Shown here: piece after piece, positions 1 through 13,565 of the stretch | Layout of the letters: every line of letters begins with the position of its first letter | How positions within the stretch are numbered: position 1 is the stretch's first letter | Assembly (NCBI GenBank): GCA_964016885.1 | Contig: OZ024742.1 | Location: 131,750,001-131,814,000 of the forward strand | DNA length: 64,000 nucleotides | Source: Eledone cirrhosa | Taxonomy: Eukaryota | Direction of reading: 5' to 3' | Notes under the pieces: generated by a model | Databases searched by the model: none | What the model was told of the DNA's origin: nothing | What the model saw: only the letters and a program-made list of their open reading frames with translations | Position numbers and translations under genes: made by a program

Positions 1-583
1 TAAATTAAAAGAATTTGAAAATTAGCGAAGGGAAAAATATTTGCGAGGAAAGAGAGGGAGTTTATGTATGAAGATAGAGAGAAAAAAATAATAATTGTGG
101 ATGAATATTCTAACGTGAAAAAGGTGTATGTTGATAAGTATTGTGGCAATTTTAAAATTAACGAAGAGAAAAAAAATTATTAAGGTTTGTGTGTAGAAGG
201 ATTTGAGAAAAATAATGTGAAGTTAAAGTTTGTATATTGAAGGAATTGATAATATATGCGAAGAACGAGTTAATATGTATTAAGAATGAGTTCGTTGATG
301 GGGAGAAAAAAATAATAAATTAAGGATGAAATTGAGATTAAAAAGTTTTATGATAGAGAGAAAAAATAATAATAATTGCGGATGAATATTCTAACGTCAA
401 AAAAACAAATGTATATGTTATGAAGGATTTTACAAGGTGAAGATAGAAAGAGGGTAATGAGTAAACAAATATTATAGAGTGTATAATGCCCTTTAAAGTA
501 AGGTAGGAAGATGGGTATATTTTAAAGAGGTGTATGTATATGTGCCTTTGAGAAAAGATTCTAAATTGATAAAGAATTGAATA

Positions 584-1936
584 TTAACTGTATACTTTGT
601 GAAAAGTCCTATGGAATTTATGCAGGCAGATAGAAAACAAATCTGTGCGTCTATTTATTATAGAATCTAGATTAGAGATAATGGTAAATTTTTCATTTAG
701 GCAGAGATTACAGATTTTAGATAGAGAGCTGTTCAAGTATGAGGATGCAGAAGAAACCTTCTTCCAAAAGATGGTATATTTAATGTTTTTGTCTTTCAAG
801 GACCATATGAGTTCTGAGAGAGCCGTGTTGGTTCTTTTAAGTTTGTATTTGAAAGATGAATGGTGATTATAGAGACGAGCTTTAAAAGAGGTGGAAGTGG
901 AGCCAAAATAGGTGAAGGAATTGGTGCTAGTTATAACTTTACATTCATAAATTAAGTTTTTATCAAGACAATGGTTGTTGAGAGGACATTTATTTTTAAT
1001 GCAGCAGTTGCAATTAGAGAGATTATTAATGAGTGACCTAGTGTTATCTATAGAAGGAATTGGATTGGAGAAGTTGTTTGCGATAGGAATAATAGGAATA
1101 CTAGTTTCTTGATTTAGAGTTGGATTATGAACATTTAGCGAAGTTGTGTTTGACGTTGTATTTTGGTTTACAGAAGTTAGCCTAGGGTTTACAATGACGT
1201 CGGGAGTACTATTACTGTTATTATGAAATTCAATGTTGGAAGGAAGAGATTTAGTATTTAGTATTTTATTGTTGTGTTTAGAGATGATGTTGGAAATATT
1301 GGAGGATGTAGAATACGAAAATTTGATGGTGTGTTTGTTAAATATTTTACTATAGATATGTGAAGGAGGGAAGCATTTATTTAAGGCACTAAAAAATAAT
1401 TTAGGAATATTGTTATTAATAGAGATGGAGAAAGGAGCATTATACCAGTTTATGTTTTTGTATCTAGGTCTTTTATTAAAATTATTGGAATGATCATGAT
1501 TAATTATTCTACTGTATGTTTTTCTAGAATTTGTTTCTTTACTATATTTGATTTTATCTGGATAGCCAGCTTTAGAAAGTGCGTTATTATAGTAATTGGC
1601 GTTAGCATCAAAGATGTTTTTATTAGAAGATATGTTAGATATTCTTTTTCCAATATTACTAACTATAGCATTCTTGATATTGGTAGGATGGTTAGATTTA
1701 AAGTTAAGATAATTTAGGTTCTCATTGTTTTTATGGTAAGGGTAATATAGGCCAGTGTCAAGATTAAGAGATACATCCAAGAAATTAGCTAGTTTGATAC
1801 TATTATCAAATTCAATTTTTAGGTTATGTTGGTTAAAGAGATTACGTATATTGTTCTTAATAATATTAAGGTTAACTATATTGCAATTTAAGATAGTAAA
1901 GAGTCCATCGTCACGATAAATTCCACCGCGAAGTTG
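584..1936 (-). pseudogene. Penelope-like element, C-terminal RT/thumb + Cys-rich linker + GIY-YIG endonuclease
   Basis: Minus frame starts at LRGGIYRDDG and continues into ORF 584-1780: (FL)DVSLNL..Y.PYHK.N....Y....SNHP, CNC..KCPLNNHCL..NLIYEC, YFGSTSTSFKARLYNH, CNLCLNEK. These are typical PLE RT-thumb and GIY-YIG motifs. Confidence 0.85.
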
Positions 1937-2319
1937 TGGTTTGGTACTTCTGAAGTGATTGGCTGGTTCAACAAATTGGATAATAAAAACAAACTAAAAT
2001 TTATTCAATTTGATATTGCCAGCTACTATTCCTCCATTTCGCCTTCACTTCTCAATAATGCTCTATCTTTCGCACTTAAATATTCTGACATCACCACAGA
2101 TGAACTTCACATCATGCTCACCGCACGTAAAACCATCCTAGAGTTCAACAACGAATATTGGACCAGAGCCGATACCTCTAACAACTTCGACATCACAATG
2201 GGAGCATCCGATTCATCACAATTGACTGATTTAATTGGTATCTTTATTTTGAACTCTTTGAGTCGGAAAATTCCTCAACTTCGCGGTGGAATTTATCGTG
2301 ACGATGGATTCTTTACTAT
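1937..2319 (+). pseudogene. Inverted upstream segment of the same Penelope RT (motifs A-C)
   Basis: ORF 1934-2344 has QFDIASYYSSI, FDITMGASDSSQLTDLIG and GGIYRDDG. Bases 2276-2319 are the reverse complement of 1893-1936 (1 mismatch). Confidence 0.85.
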
Positions 2320-2340
2320 GGACCCTCTACCGATACTGCA

Positions 2341-2395
2341 ATGATGATGGTGATGATGATGGTGATGGTGATGATGATGATGATGGCGATGTTGG

Positions 2396-2441
<46 letters not shown>

Positions 2442-2628
2442 GATGATGACGATCTTGGTGATGGCGATGGTGATGCCGATGATGATGATGATGATGAAGA
2501 TGTTGATGATGATGATGATGATGATGGTGATGGTGTTGATGATGGTGTTGATGATGATGATGATGATGGTGATGGTGTTGATGATGATGGTGATGATGGT
2601 GATGGTGATGATGATGATGACGATAATT

Positions 2629-2660
<32 letters not shown>

Positions 2661-2670
2661 GATGATGGTG

Positions 2671-2701
<31 letters not shown>

Positions 2702-2859
2702 TGATGGTGGTGATGGTGTTGATGATGATGATGATGATGATGGTGGTGATGGTGAGGATGATGATGATGATGATGATGGTGAAGATGTTGATGGTGTTGA
2801 TGATGACGATGATGATGGTGAAGATGTTGATGGTGTAGATGATGACGATGATGATGGTG

Positions 2860-2891
<32 letters not shown>

Positions 2892-4022
2892 GGTGGTGAT
2901 GGTGTGATGATGATGATGATGATGATGGTGATGCTGCTAAGAGTGGTGGTAGTCACGCTAGGTGTACGCCATGACAACTACGTCCATACATTTAATAATT
3001 ACATAGAAAAGAGAAATGATAGTTATCTTTACTGCTGCGTAATATCACTCTGATGACAATGGTATGGTAGTTTACAGGTGATACCATGTTGATAGTGGTG
3101 ATGGTGGTGGTGGTGGTGTTGTTGTTGGTGGTGATGGTGGTGATGGTGGTGGTGGTGGTAGTGGTGGTAGTGGCGGTGGTGGTGGTGGTGGTGGTGTTGG
3201 TGGTTGTGGTGGTGGTGGTGGTGGTGGTGGTGGTGGTGGCGGTGGTGGTGGTGGTGGTGGTGGTGGTGGTGGCGGTGGTGGTGGTGGTGGTGGTAGTGGT
3301 GGCGGTGGTGGTGGTGGTGGTAGTGGTGTGGCAGTTGTGGTGGTAGTGGTGGTGGTGATGGTGGTGGTGGTGGTGGTGGTGGTGTTGGTGGTTGTGGTGG
3401 TGGTGGTGGTGGTGGTGGTGGTGGTGGCGGTGGTGGTGGTGGTGGTGGTGGTGGTGGTGGCGGTGGTGGTGGTGGTGGTGGTAGTGGTGGCGGTGGTGGT
3501 GGTGGTGGTAGTGGTGGTGGTGATGGTGGTGGTGGTGGTGGTGGTGGTGTTGGTGGTTGTGGTGGTGGTGGTGGTGGTGGTGGTGGTGGTGGCGGTGGTG
3601 GTGGTGGTGGTGGTGGTGGTGGTGGCGGTGGTGGTGGTGGTGGTGGTAGTGGTGGCGGTGGTGGTGGTGGTGGTAGTGGTGTGGCAGTTGTGGTGGTAGT
3701 GGTGGTGGTGATGGTGGTGGTGGTGGTGGTGGTGATGGTGGTGGCAGTGGTGGTGGTGGTGGCGGTGGTGGTAGTGGTGGCGGCGGTGGTGGTGATGGTG
3801 GGGGTGGGGGTAGTGGTGGTGGTGGTGGTGGTGTTGTTGTTTTTGGTAGTGGTGGTGGTAGTGATGATGATGGTGGTGTGGTGGTGGTGTTGGTAGTGGT
3901 AGTGGTGGTGGTAGTGATGATGATGATCATGGTGGTGGTGGTGGTGTTGTTGTTGGTAGTGGTGGTGGTAGTGATGATGATGGTGGTGATGGTGGTGTTG
4001 GTAGTGGTAGTAGTGGTTGTAG

Positions 4023-4056
<34 letters not shown>

Positions 4057-4196
4057 GTTGTTGGTAGTGTTAGTGGTGGTGGTAGTGATGATGGTGGTGG
4101 TGGTGGTGGTGGTGTTGGTAGTGGTAGTGGTGGTGGTAGTGATGATGATGATGGTGGTGGTGGTGGTGTTGTTGGTAGTGGTAGTGGTGGTGGTAG

Positions 4197-4228
<32 letters not shown>

Positions 4229-4430
4229 TTGTTGTTGGTAGTGGTGGTGGTAGTGATGAAGATGGTGGTGGTGGTGGTGGTGTTGTTGTTTGTAGTGGTG
4301 GTGGTAGTGATGATGATGGTGGTGGTGGTGGTGGTGGTGTTATTGGTAGTGGTAGGGGTGGTGGTAGTGATGATGATGATGGTGGTGGTGGTGGTGGTGG
4401 TGGTGGTGTTGTTGGTAGTGGTGGTGGTAG

Positions 4431-4462
<32 letters not shown>

Positions 4463-4607
4463 TTGTTGGTAGTGGTAATGGTGGTGGTAGTGATGATTCT
4501 GTTGGTGGTGGTGGTGGTGGTGTTATTGGTAGTGGTAGGGGTGGTGGTAGTGATGATGATGATGGTGGTGGTGGTGGTGGTGGTGTTGTTGGTAGTGGTG
4601 GTGGTAG

Positions 4608-4639
<32 letters not shown>

Positions 4640-4922
4640 TTGTTGGTAGTGGTAATGGTGGTGGTAGTGATGATTCTGTTGGTGGTGGTGGTGGTGTTAG
4701 TAGTGGTAGTGGTGGTGGTGGCAACGGTGATGATGATGACGATGGTGGTGGTACTAGTTGTGTTGTTTTGGTGGTAGTGGTGGTGGTAGCAATGGTGACG
4801 ATGATGATGATGATGGTGGTGGTACTAGTTGTGTTGCTTTGGTGGTAGCAATGGTGATGATGATGATTGTGGTGGTGGTACTAGTTGTGTTGTTTTAGTG
4901 GTAGTGGTGGTGGTAGCAATGG

Positions 4923-4953
<31 letters not shown>

Positions 4954-4996
4954 ACTAGTTGTGTGGTTTTGGTGGTAGTGGTGGTGGTAGCAATGG

Positions 4997-5027
<31 letters not shown>

Positions 5028-5747
5028 ACTAGTTGTGTTGTTTTGGTGGTAGTGGTGGTGGTAGCCATGGTGATGATGATGAAGATGATGATGGTGGTGG
5101 TACTAGTTGTGTTGTTTCGGTGGTAGTGGTGGTGGTGGCAATGGTGATGATGATGATGATGGTGGTGGTTGTACTAGTTGTGTTGTTTTGGTGGTAGTGG
5201 TGGTGGTAGCAATGGTGATGATGATGATGGTGGTGGTGGTGGTACTAGTTGTGTTGTTTTGGTGGTAGTAGTGGTGGTAGCAATGGTGATGTTGATGGTG
5301 GTGGTATTAGTTGTGTTGTTTTGGTGGTAGTGGTGGTGGTAGCAATGGTGATGATGATGATGGTGGTGGTGGTGGTACTAGTTGTGTTGTTTTGGTGGTA
5401 GTAGTGGTGGTAGCAATGGTGATGTTGATGGTGGTGGTATTAGTTGTGTTGTTTTGGTGGTAGTGGTGGTGGTAGCAATGGTGATGATGATGATGGTGGT
5501 GGTGGTGGTACTAGTTGTGTTGTTTTGGTGGTAGTAGTGGTGGTAGCAATGGTGATGTTGATGGTGGTGGTATTAGTTGTGTTGTTTTGGTGGTAGTGGT
5601 GGTGGTAGCAATGGTGATGATGATGATGGTGGTGGTGGTGGTACTAGTTGTGTTGTTTTGGTGGTAGTAGTGGTGGTAGCAATGGTGATGTTGATGGTGG
5701 TGGTATTAGTTGTGTTGTTTTGGTGGTAGTGGTGGTGGTAGCAATGG

Positions 5748-5778
<31 letters not shown>

Positions 5779-5822
5779 ACTAGTTTGTGTTGTTTTGGTG
5801 GTAGTGGTGGTGGTAGCAATGG

Positions 5823-5853
<31 letters not shown>

Positions 5854-6327
5854 ACTAGTTTGTGTTGTTTTGGTGGTAATGGTGGTGGTAGCAATGGTGA
5901 TGATGATGGTGGTGGTGGTGGTGGTACTAGTTGTGTTGTTTTGGTGGTAGTGGTGGTGGTAGCAATGGTGATGATGATGATGGTGATGGTGGTGGTACTA
6001 CTTGTGTTGTTTTGGTGGTAGTGGTGGTGGTAGCAGTGGTGATGATGATGATGATGGTGGTGGTGGTACTAGTTGTGTTGTTTTGGTGGTAGTGGTGGTG
6101 GTAACCAATGGTGATGATGATGATGATGATGGTGTTTGTACTAGTTGTGTTGTTTTGGTGGTAGTAGTGGTGGTAAAAATGGTGATGATGATGATGGTGG
6201 TGGTGGTGGTACTAGTTGTGTTGTTTTGGTGGTAGTGGTGGTGGTAGCCATGGTGATGATGATGAAGATGATGATGGTGGTGGTACTAGTTTTGTTGTTT
6301 TGGTGGTAGTGGTGGTGGTAGCAATGG

Positions 6328-6362
<35 letters not shown>

Positions 6363-6614
6363 CTAGTTGTGTTGTTTTGGTGGTAGTGGTGGTGGTAGCA
6401 ATGGTGATGATGATGATGATGGTGGTGGTACCAGTTGTGTTGTTTTGGTGGTAGTGGTGGTGGTGGCAATGGTGATGATGATGATGATGGTGGTGGTGGT
6501 ACTAGTTGTGTTGTTTTGGTGGTAGTGGTGGTGGTGGCAATGGTGATGATGATGATGATGATGGTGGTGGTACTAGTTGTGTTGTTTTGGTGGTAGTGGT
6601 AGTGGTGGCAATGG

Positions 6615-6646
<32 letters not shown>

Positions 6647-6759
6647 TTAGTTGTGTTGTTTTGGTGGTAGTGGTGGTGGTAGCAGTGGTGATGATGGTGA
6701 TGTCGATGGTGGTGGTACTAGTTGTGTTCTTTTGGTGGTAGTGGTGGTGGTGGCAATGG

Positions 6760-6790
<31 letters not shown>

Positions 6791-7043
6791 ATTAGTTGTG
6801 TTGTTTTGGTGGTAGTGGTGGTGGTAGCAGTGGTGATGATGACGATGATGGTGGTGGTGGTACTAGTTGTGTTGTTTTGGTGGTAGTGGTGGTGGTAGCA
6901 ATGGTGACGACGATGATGATGGTGGTGGTGGTACTAGTTGTGTTGTTTCGGTGGTAGTGGTGGTCGTAGCAGTGGTGATGATGATGATGGTGGTGGTGGT
7001 ACTAGTTGTGTTGTTTTGGTGGTAGTGGTGGTGGTAGCAATGG

Positions 7044-7075
<32 letters not shown>

Positions 7076-7935
7076 CTAGTTGTGTTGTCTAGGTCGTAGT
7101 GGTGGTGGTAGCAATGGTGATGATGACGATGATGGTGGTGGTGGTGGTACTAGTTGTGTTGTTTTGGTGGTAGTGGTGGTGGTAGCAATGGTGACGACGA
7201 TGATGATGGTGGTGGTGGTGGTACTAGTTGTGTTGTTTTGGTGGTAGTGGTGGTGGTAGCAATGGTGACGACGATGATGATGGTGGTGGTGGTGGTACTA
7301 GTTGTGTTGTTTTGGTGGTAGTGGTGGTGGTAGCAATGGTGATGATGATGATGATGATTACGATGATGATGTTGCTGGCAATAGTGTTGTTGTTGGTGCT
7401 GGTAGCGGTGGTGGTGGTGATGGTGATGGTGACGGTGATGATGATGATGATGAATATTATGATGTTGATGCTGATGATAATGATGATGATGATGATGATG
7501 TTGGTGGTATTGTAGGTGTTAATAATGGCGGTAATGGTGGTGGGTTTTGAGGCGTTGTTGGGGATAATTGTGATAGTGTTGTTGTTTTGGTTAATGATGA
7601 TGAGGATGATGATGATGGTGAAGAAGGTGAAGATGATGCTGATGGTGATGATGTCGCTGACGATGATGATGCTGATGATGATGATGACGACAATGATGTT
7701 GATGATGGTGAAGATGGTGAAGACGATGATGATGATGATGGTGAAATGATGCTGATGGTGATGATGTCGGTGACGATGATGATGATGGTGATGATGATGA
7801 AGTTGGTGATAATGTCGGTGACGATGACGACGACGATGATGATGATGATGATGGTGATGACGGAGATGATACCAACGAGGATATTGTTGATGATAAAAAT
7901 AATGATGTCGATGATGATGATGATGGAGACACCAT
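2341..7935. repeat. Compound trinucleotide satellite: (GAT)n block, (GGT)n block, ~60-70 bp higher-order unit, (GAT)n block
   Basis: Read directly. The unit GGTACTAGTTGTGTTGTTTTGGTGGTAGTGGTGGTGGTAGCAATGGT(GAT)n(GGT)n recurs from ~4750 to ~7350. Confidence 0.95.
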
Positions 7936-8849
7936 GAGGTAGGAGGACGATCAAGATTATTATAATAATGATTATTATCATGATAATTATATCAGATTGT
8001 GAATGTGTCTGTTTCAGATAGATGGTATCCATTGGAGATGTCACCGAAGGAGATACGTTATCATTGATAATAGGTATCATTGCTAGATATTATTGAAGCG
8101 GCTAGTTATTTGTCAATGGTATAAACTATTATTATTGTCATTATCATAACAATATCAAATTAAGAATTCATTATTATAACAATATTAGGAATTATTTTTA
8201 TCATATAAAGGTTCGATAGACGATCGGGAACAGTGTTTAATAAAATGTTTGGTACTGCCACTTAAGCTCCATGTCAAATTCCTGCCAGGATCAATTTTGT
8301 ATTTCATCATTCTTGAAAATATTTATAAACTAACTACCAGTGAATAAAGGTTGAAATGATTAACACTTCCAAAATAATTTGACCTTCTCTGGTATAGTTA
8401 TACATATCGAGTTCGATTTCATATATATTGTTTATAATAAAATATCTGTTCTATTAATACTCTAAGCGTTTGTTTTCATCTTGGTACTGGAATAGCTTAT
8501 TCTAAATATTGTCGTTATTTTTCTTCTCTATCTGTCTATTGGTGCTGATTAAATCAGTATCCAGTTGAGAATAGTATATATGTAACATATTACTAACACG
8601 TGTACCGTATTGATATGTCTTGCCTACATGTCGTTCTCTTTTATTGTCTACATGGCGTTCTCTTATATTGTCACCATCAGCTCTTTCTCATTTCCTCGTA
8701 TAATTTATTTTCATTTAAATTTCCTTAGGTTACTATGGCATCTGACAAGCCTGAATGAAAACAAACAAAAAAAAAAAAGAATAGTCCACGTACGTTACAT
8801 ATGTTGGGAGTCTTTTTATGATTGGTGAATCTTTCGTCACAGCTTTTCA

Positions 8850-10230
8850 TCCTCCTTAATTATCCGGTCATTTTCTGCACCGACCTTCATTACGCCATAC
8901 TGTTCTGTCATCTGCGTATTGTTCGATACTGGTTTTCATCATCTGTTTCGATTAATCCTTATAATTTGTTTTATAAAGAGTGATCTCTTGCATGTTCTGA
9001 GTTCATGTAAGATGTGCTATTTATGTGGTGGGCGTGACCTGTCAATCTACGGTGGGGTTTGGAAATATCAGTAACGTTACTGACATAATCCTCCCATTTG
9101 TTGTTCATAAATGAACGACGTTTCTGTCGAGGAATTCCTTCCGGTTTTAGACAGTACAAAGTCCTGCCTTTCACAACCATAGATTAAGGTGGTAACAACC
9201 ACTGTTCCATATACCATGATCTTGGTTTTTAGTTTCATATTTATTTTTCCGAAACACAATGGAAGAGGTTTCCAAAAGTGACATGCATGGCTCCGATACT
9301 GTTCTGGGTGTATTTATCGGAGTTACGTTATGTGGAGAGGATGCTTCTGAAGTATGTGATTTGCTACACTTTGCCTAGGATGTATTGGAGATGGTGGTGT
9401 TAAAATCTGAAATAAATAAATTTGGAGCAGGTTGTGAAAGTTGTTTGGTTGGTGATTGTCAGGCTGAAGCGATCATACGCATATTGATGTAAATGCCTGA
9501 TACTTACGTTTCTTCGATTGAATGAGCCGCCGAAACGTTGAAGTTGGCGCATTGCATTTCTTTGATAGGACCCGTGTAAATCAGTCTTTGTGATCGGAGT
9601 CTTGCCACATTAGAGAGTCCATCATCGAAGAGGTACTTGCTCCGAAAACTAGAGTTGGTAGGTAGAATTTCTTGAAGTATGATTGCAAGTGATGGGGAGA
9701 ACAATTTTATATCAAGTACACATCCTTGTTTTAAACATTTAGTGATGCTAAATTGTTATGCAGTGTTGATTTCATATGTCACCTGCCTTACAATGCAATC
9801 GTCCATTGCTTGAACAGTGTCACAAAAGGGTGTTTTAACTTTTTTTCGATATCGTCGAAAACATGCAAGAAAGGTTTCCGTTATTCTTTCTCATTTTTCA
9901 TGGGACATCCTTGCACAGAATTCATGTCAATTGGTTTTTGATGTTCGAGGTTGAATCTTGTTCAAAAGAATGGTGGGTATCTCTTTTAGCATTGAAAAAT
10001 ATTCAGATATTTTCGTTGTTTTCGTCGGAAAAAAATTGTTTCTTTCGTCAAGCCAGTGGTGTTCACAACTTTCCGAAACGATGTTAGTTTTGTTGATCAC
10101 TCTTCATTGGTGTCCGAACCCCTCAAGTCCTTGTTCATCCTGTTTAAAGAGGGTAGATGCTCTCTTCCGACTTTCAATCAAATTACAGGCTCCAATAATA
10201 ATGTACAAGATAAATTAGCAATAACAATAA
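8850..10230 (-). mobile_element. Highly decayed RTE-clade LINE (RT and 3' region)
   Basis: Fragmentary minus-strand motifs: KLKTKIMVYGTVVVTTLIYGCE, an LKQGC-like motif near 9720-9740 and EM...NFNVSAAHS. Boundaries approximate. Confidence 0.55.
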
Positions 10231-11189
10231 CAACATATCAATGAATAGTCAAAGGTAAATAGAATGGACAGAAAGAGAAATATACAGGAAAAGAGTACTT
10301 GCAAAGTGGAGGAGGCACATAGGTAAATTGTGGCACCCAACATATACATAAATATTACACCGATATAATAAACATAGTGAAGTCTCGTACTCCTTGCCGC
10401 AAGCCTACAGCTACATAGGTAATGTAGGTCTATTTCATGTCGCAATTTTGATCTTTCTTACCGAACTATCATACAATTTATAGGAGGGCAGCATGGTAAA
10501 TCTATCCTTAGACTTTTCACAAATGTCATTTCAAGAAGTGGCTAAATGTTTGTTTAGAGAAGAAATTATTATCCTCAAATATATTAACCATGACCACCAT
10601 ACCCATTTCTTCAACATAGCCATGACATATCAGCACGTGCTAGCCTTTGTTCAACAAAAACCAACAAAATAGCAATGCACGGAAAAAGGAAGCCTACATG
10701 CTGCACGGCTCTATAATCTAACGTTCATCTCGGATACATTATATTGTTGGTAGCTCCATGGCTGCATTGCCACGGGTATTTATGCCGAACAGGCAAAATC
10801 ACCCTAGATCAACGCGCTACCTACGATCATTGCGAATTATCCATAATCTAAAAACCTGAATCCAGAGGTTGTTAGTGTCCATCTCGACACCCATATTAGC
10901 TCCAAGGCCATCATCGTTCATATTCACAAGCTTTATATAGAAAGCTGTGGTTAACTTTTCACGGACAGTATAGGCTATCTAGTGAGGCACAGTACTGTGT
11001 CAAGCTATGGGAAAGCGTTTCGCATGGACAGCGACCACAACTGTTCACCATCATCGTTGTCCAGTAATCTCTGCAGATGTGGCGGTCTATACATATGCCT
11101 GATTCTGAGTGAAGGCATGCCCTGACGTCCCTGTAGTGGACAGTAGGAGCAGATGGAACAGTGTTAGGATGTCTTGGTCTGATAGCCCG

Positions 11190-11390
11190 TCATAGCATGG
11201 TAGAACATACTTCTCGGCATATAGTTACGGACATTTATGTTCTACGCTCAAATTCTGTCGCGGTTAACCTTGCTTATCCTCATTACGAGGTCACTAAAAT
11301 AAAACATCAACAACCAACTGGGGTCGATTTAATCGTCGTTTCCATTACTTTAAATATGCAGGTCTTGTGCCCAAAGTAGGAAAATTAATA
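11190..11390 (+). mobile_element. Diverged copy of the tRNA-derived SINE
   Basis: Degenerate B box (gctcaaattc), GTTAACCTTGCTTATCCT, AAAATAAA and GGTCTTGTGCCCAAAGTAG match the younger copies. Confidence 0.6.
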
Positions 11391-12124
11391 ATATTATATA
11401 TCAGAAAAGAATTACGAAGAGCAATCACTGACCGATAAAATAACAAACGTTACACAGCACATATTTTACACAACAAAGTGAAAACATACTAAAACAACAC
11501 CAGAAGCATCAATAGGCAACATAGGAGATATTACGTTCAAACACTATCCAACACTCAGCTAATATAAAGCTGCGTCCCCAGTGTCATGCAAGTGCACCTT
11601 GAGAAGAAGTAGAAGCTTGAATTAAGGTATTGAAAACAGAGCAACATTATCATAATTACGATCCGTGTGATCATATTTATATATTACTAGATTGAATAAA
11701 ATGTAGAAATATGTTATATACGGTAAACATTTATAAAAATATAAAATATATAAATTATTTTATATATATTCTAGTCGTCATAAAAGTATATTCGGTATGA
11801 TTCCATTTCTTTAGATATGAGTAGTTGTAACATTTAACACTTTTATACATCAGTGCTAATATCTAATGCATTATATCTGTTGATACTGTTGATGATAATG
11901 ATGATGGTGTTCTTGACATTAATGTTGTTTTTTTCGTTTGTGACTTTGTTGTTAATACAGTTGATGTTGTCTATATATATTTACCCGTGCGATGAAAAAT
12001 AGTATTGTATCACTATCGATAGTGGAATCAATGCGTGACAATGGATTGAAATCAATAAATAATATATATATTTTTGAGTGTAATTGTAAGTGTATATACA
12101 TGCATGTATATATTTATGTTTACG

Positions 12125-12217
<93 letters not shown>

Positions 12218-13026
12218 TTACACACATGTGTATATATATGTGTATGAGAATTATATACGAGGTTAAATCAGATAATGTCAATATTGTAATGGAATAGACA
12301 TAAAAATAAAATTAATGAATGTTATAGAAAAATAGAAGAAAGAAAAAAACAAATATTAGTTAGAAATAAAGTAAAAGCAAAACAATAGAATGAGTATACG
12401 ACTATAAACAAACACACACGCATGCCTCCTCACACACAAACGTACACACTCGCACATACATATTAGTGTTTCATTTTGTGTAAGTTCACCAGTGCATTAA
12501 CGGTAACATATTTAAAACATCTCCATCAATATTAATATATAAATTTAATTAAAATTAATATATACTTAAATATATATATGTTTATATATGATAAAATAAA
12601 AAAAAGTGTTTCAGTGTGTTAATGTAAAACATAATTATAATTATCAAGGAAAATATTATAATTGCTAATAAAAAAACATCAACCAAACAAACAGTACTAT
12701 AAAACACATGGAAAAAAAAAACAATAACACAGAAACAACAAACTTATATTTAACAATACGAGAAATCCCAGCAATACTGACTGCAAAACACTAGAACAAC
12801 CAAAACAACTACAAAAATAACCAACAACAGTGACAACGAGAACAACAATTTAATAATTCACCTATTACCAAACACAATTATGTAAAAAAAAACCAATAAA
12901 CAATAAACCAAAATAAAAAGGAGAAAAACCAAACCAAAACGTGTGAATCGCTGAAAATCACTTGAAAAATAAGTGTTAATAGCAAGCAATTGAAATGATG
13001 TTAATATTGATGATGATGATGGCGGT

Positions 13027-13034
13027 AATAATAA

Positions 13035-13111
<77 letters not shown>

Positions 13112-13395
13112 CTTTCTTTATTAACCACAAGGGTTTACATAAAGTAGACATTAAGGACTGTACAGGACAATACAGAACGGTACAAATGGGCATTTCTGTG
13201 TAAAAAAACAAAAAAACAGAAGATGTAACAAAAAGAGAAACAAGGAAAAATTCCCCAATATGGGGGGGGGGGGGAGACTTCTGAGGGCCATCGTGGAGAA
13301 AGCCAATTGAAAAAAAAGCCACCAGAGCAAGTGTCCTCTCCCAGTTTTCCACCGTCAATTTACAGGCATATACTCTGGCCATTTTGCCTCTCTCA
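13027..13395 (-). mobile_element. 5'-truncated 3'-UTR copy of the Tx1-like LINE with (TTA)n tail
   Basis: 13111-13370 closely matches 36350-36610 (TTTCTTTATTAACCACAA..CATAAAGTAGACATTAAGGA...GCAAGTG.CCTCTCCCAGTTTTCCACC) and is preceded by (AAT)n. Confidence 0.85.
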
Positions 13396-13417
13396 CCCAA
13401 TAAAATGATAATGAAAA

Positions 13418-13565
13418 TAATTGTTTCTACTTCAGGCACAAGGCCAGCAAATAACCCAGTACATTACTCGTACTTTATTTTATGGACCCCGTAAGGATGA
13501 AAGGCAAAGTTAACCTCGGCGGGATTTGAACTCAAACCGTAAAGGGACGTAACTATGCTAGAAAG
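13418..13565 (-). mobile_element. tRNA-derived SINE (partial)
   Basis: GGCACAAGGCCAGCAA...CCCCGTAAGGATGAAAGGCAAAGTTAACCTCGGCGGGATTTGAACTC matches the other copies. Confidence 0.85.

Noticed and set aside
2286-8080. Long poly-Asp/Val/Met/Pro/His ORFs
   Set aside because: They are by-products of triplet repeats, open in several frames on both strands, with no unique domain or splice evidence.
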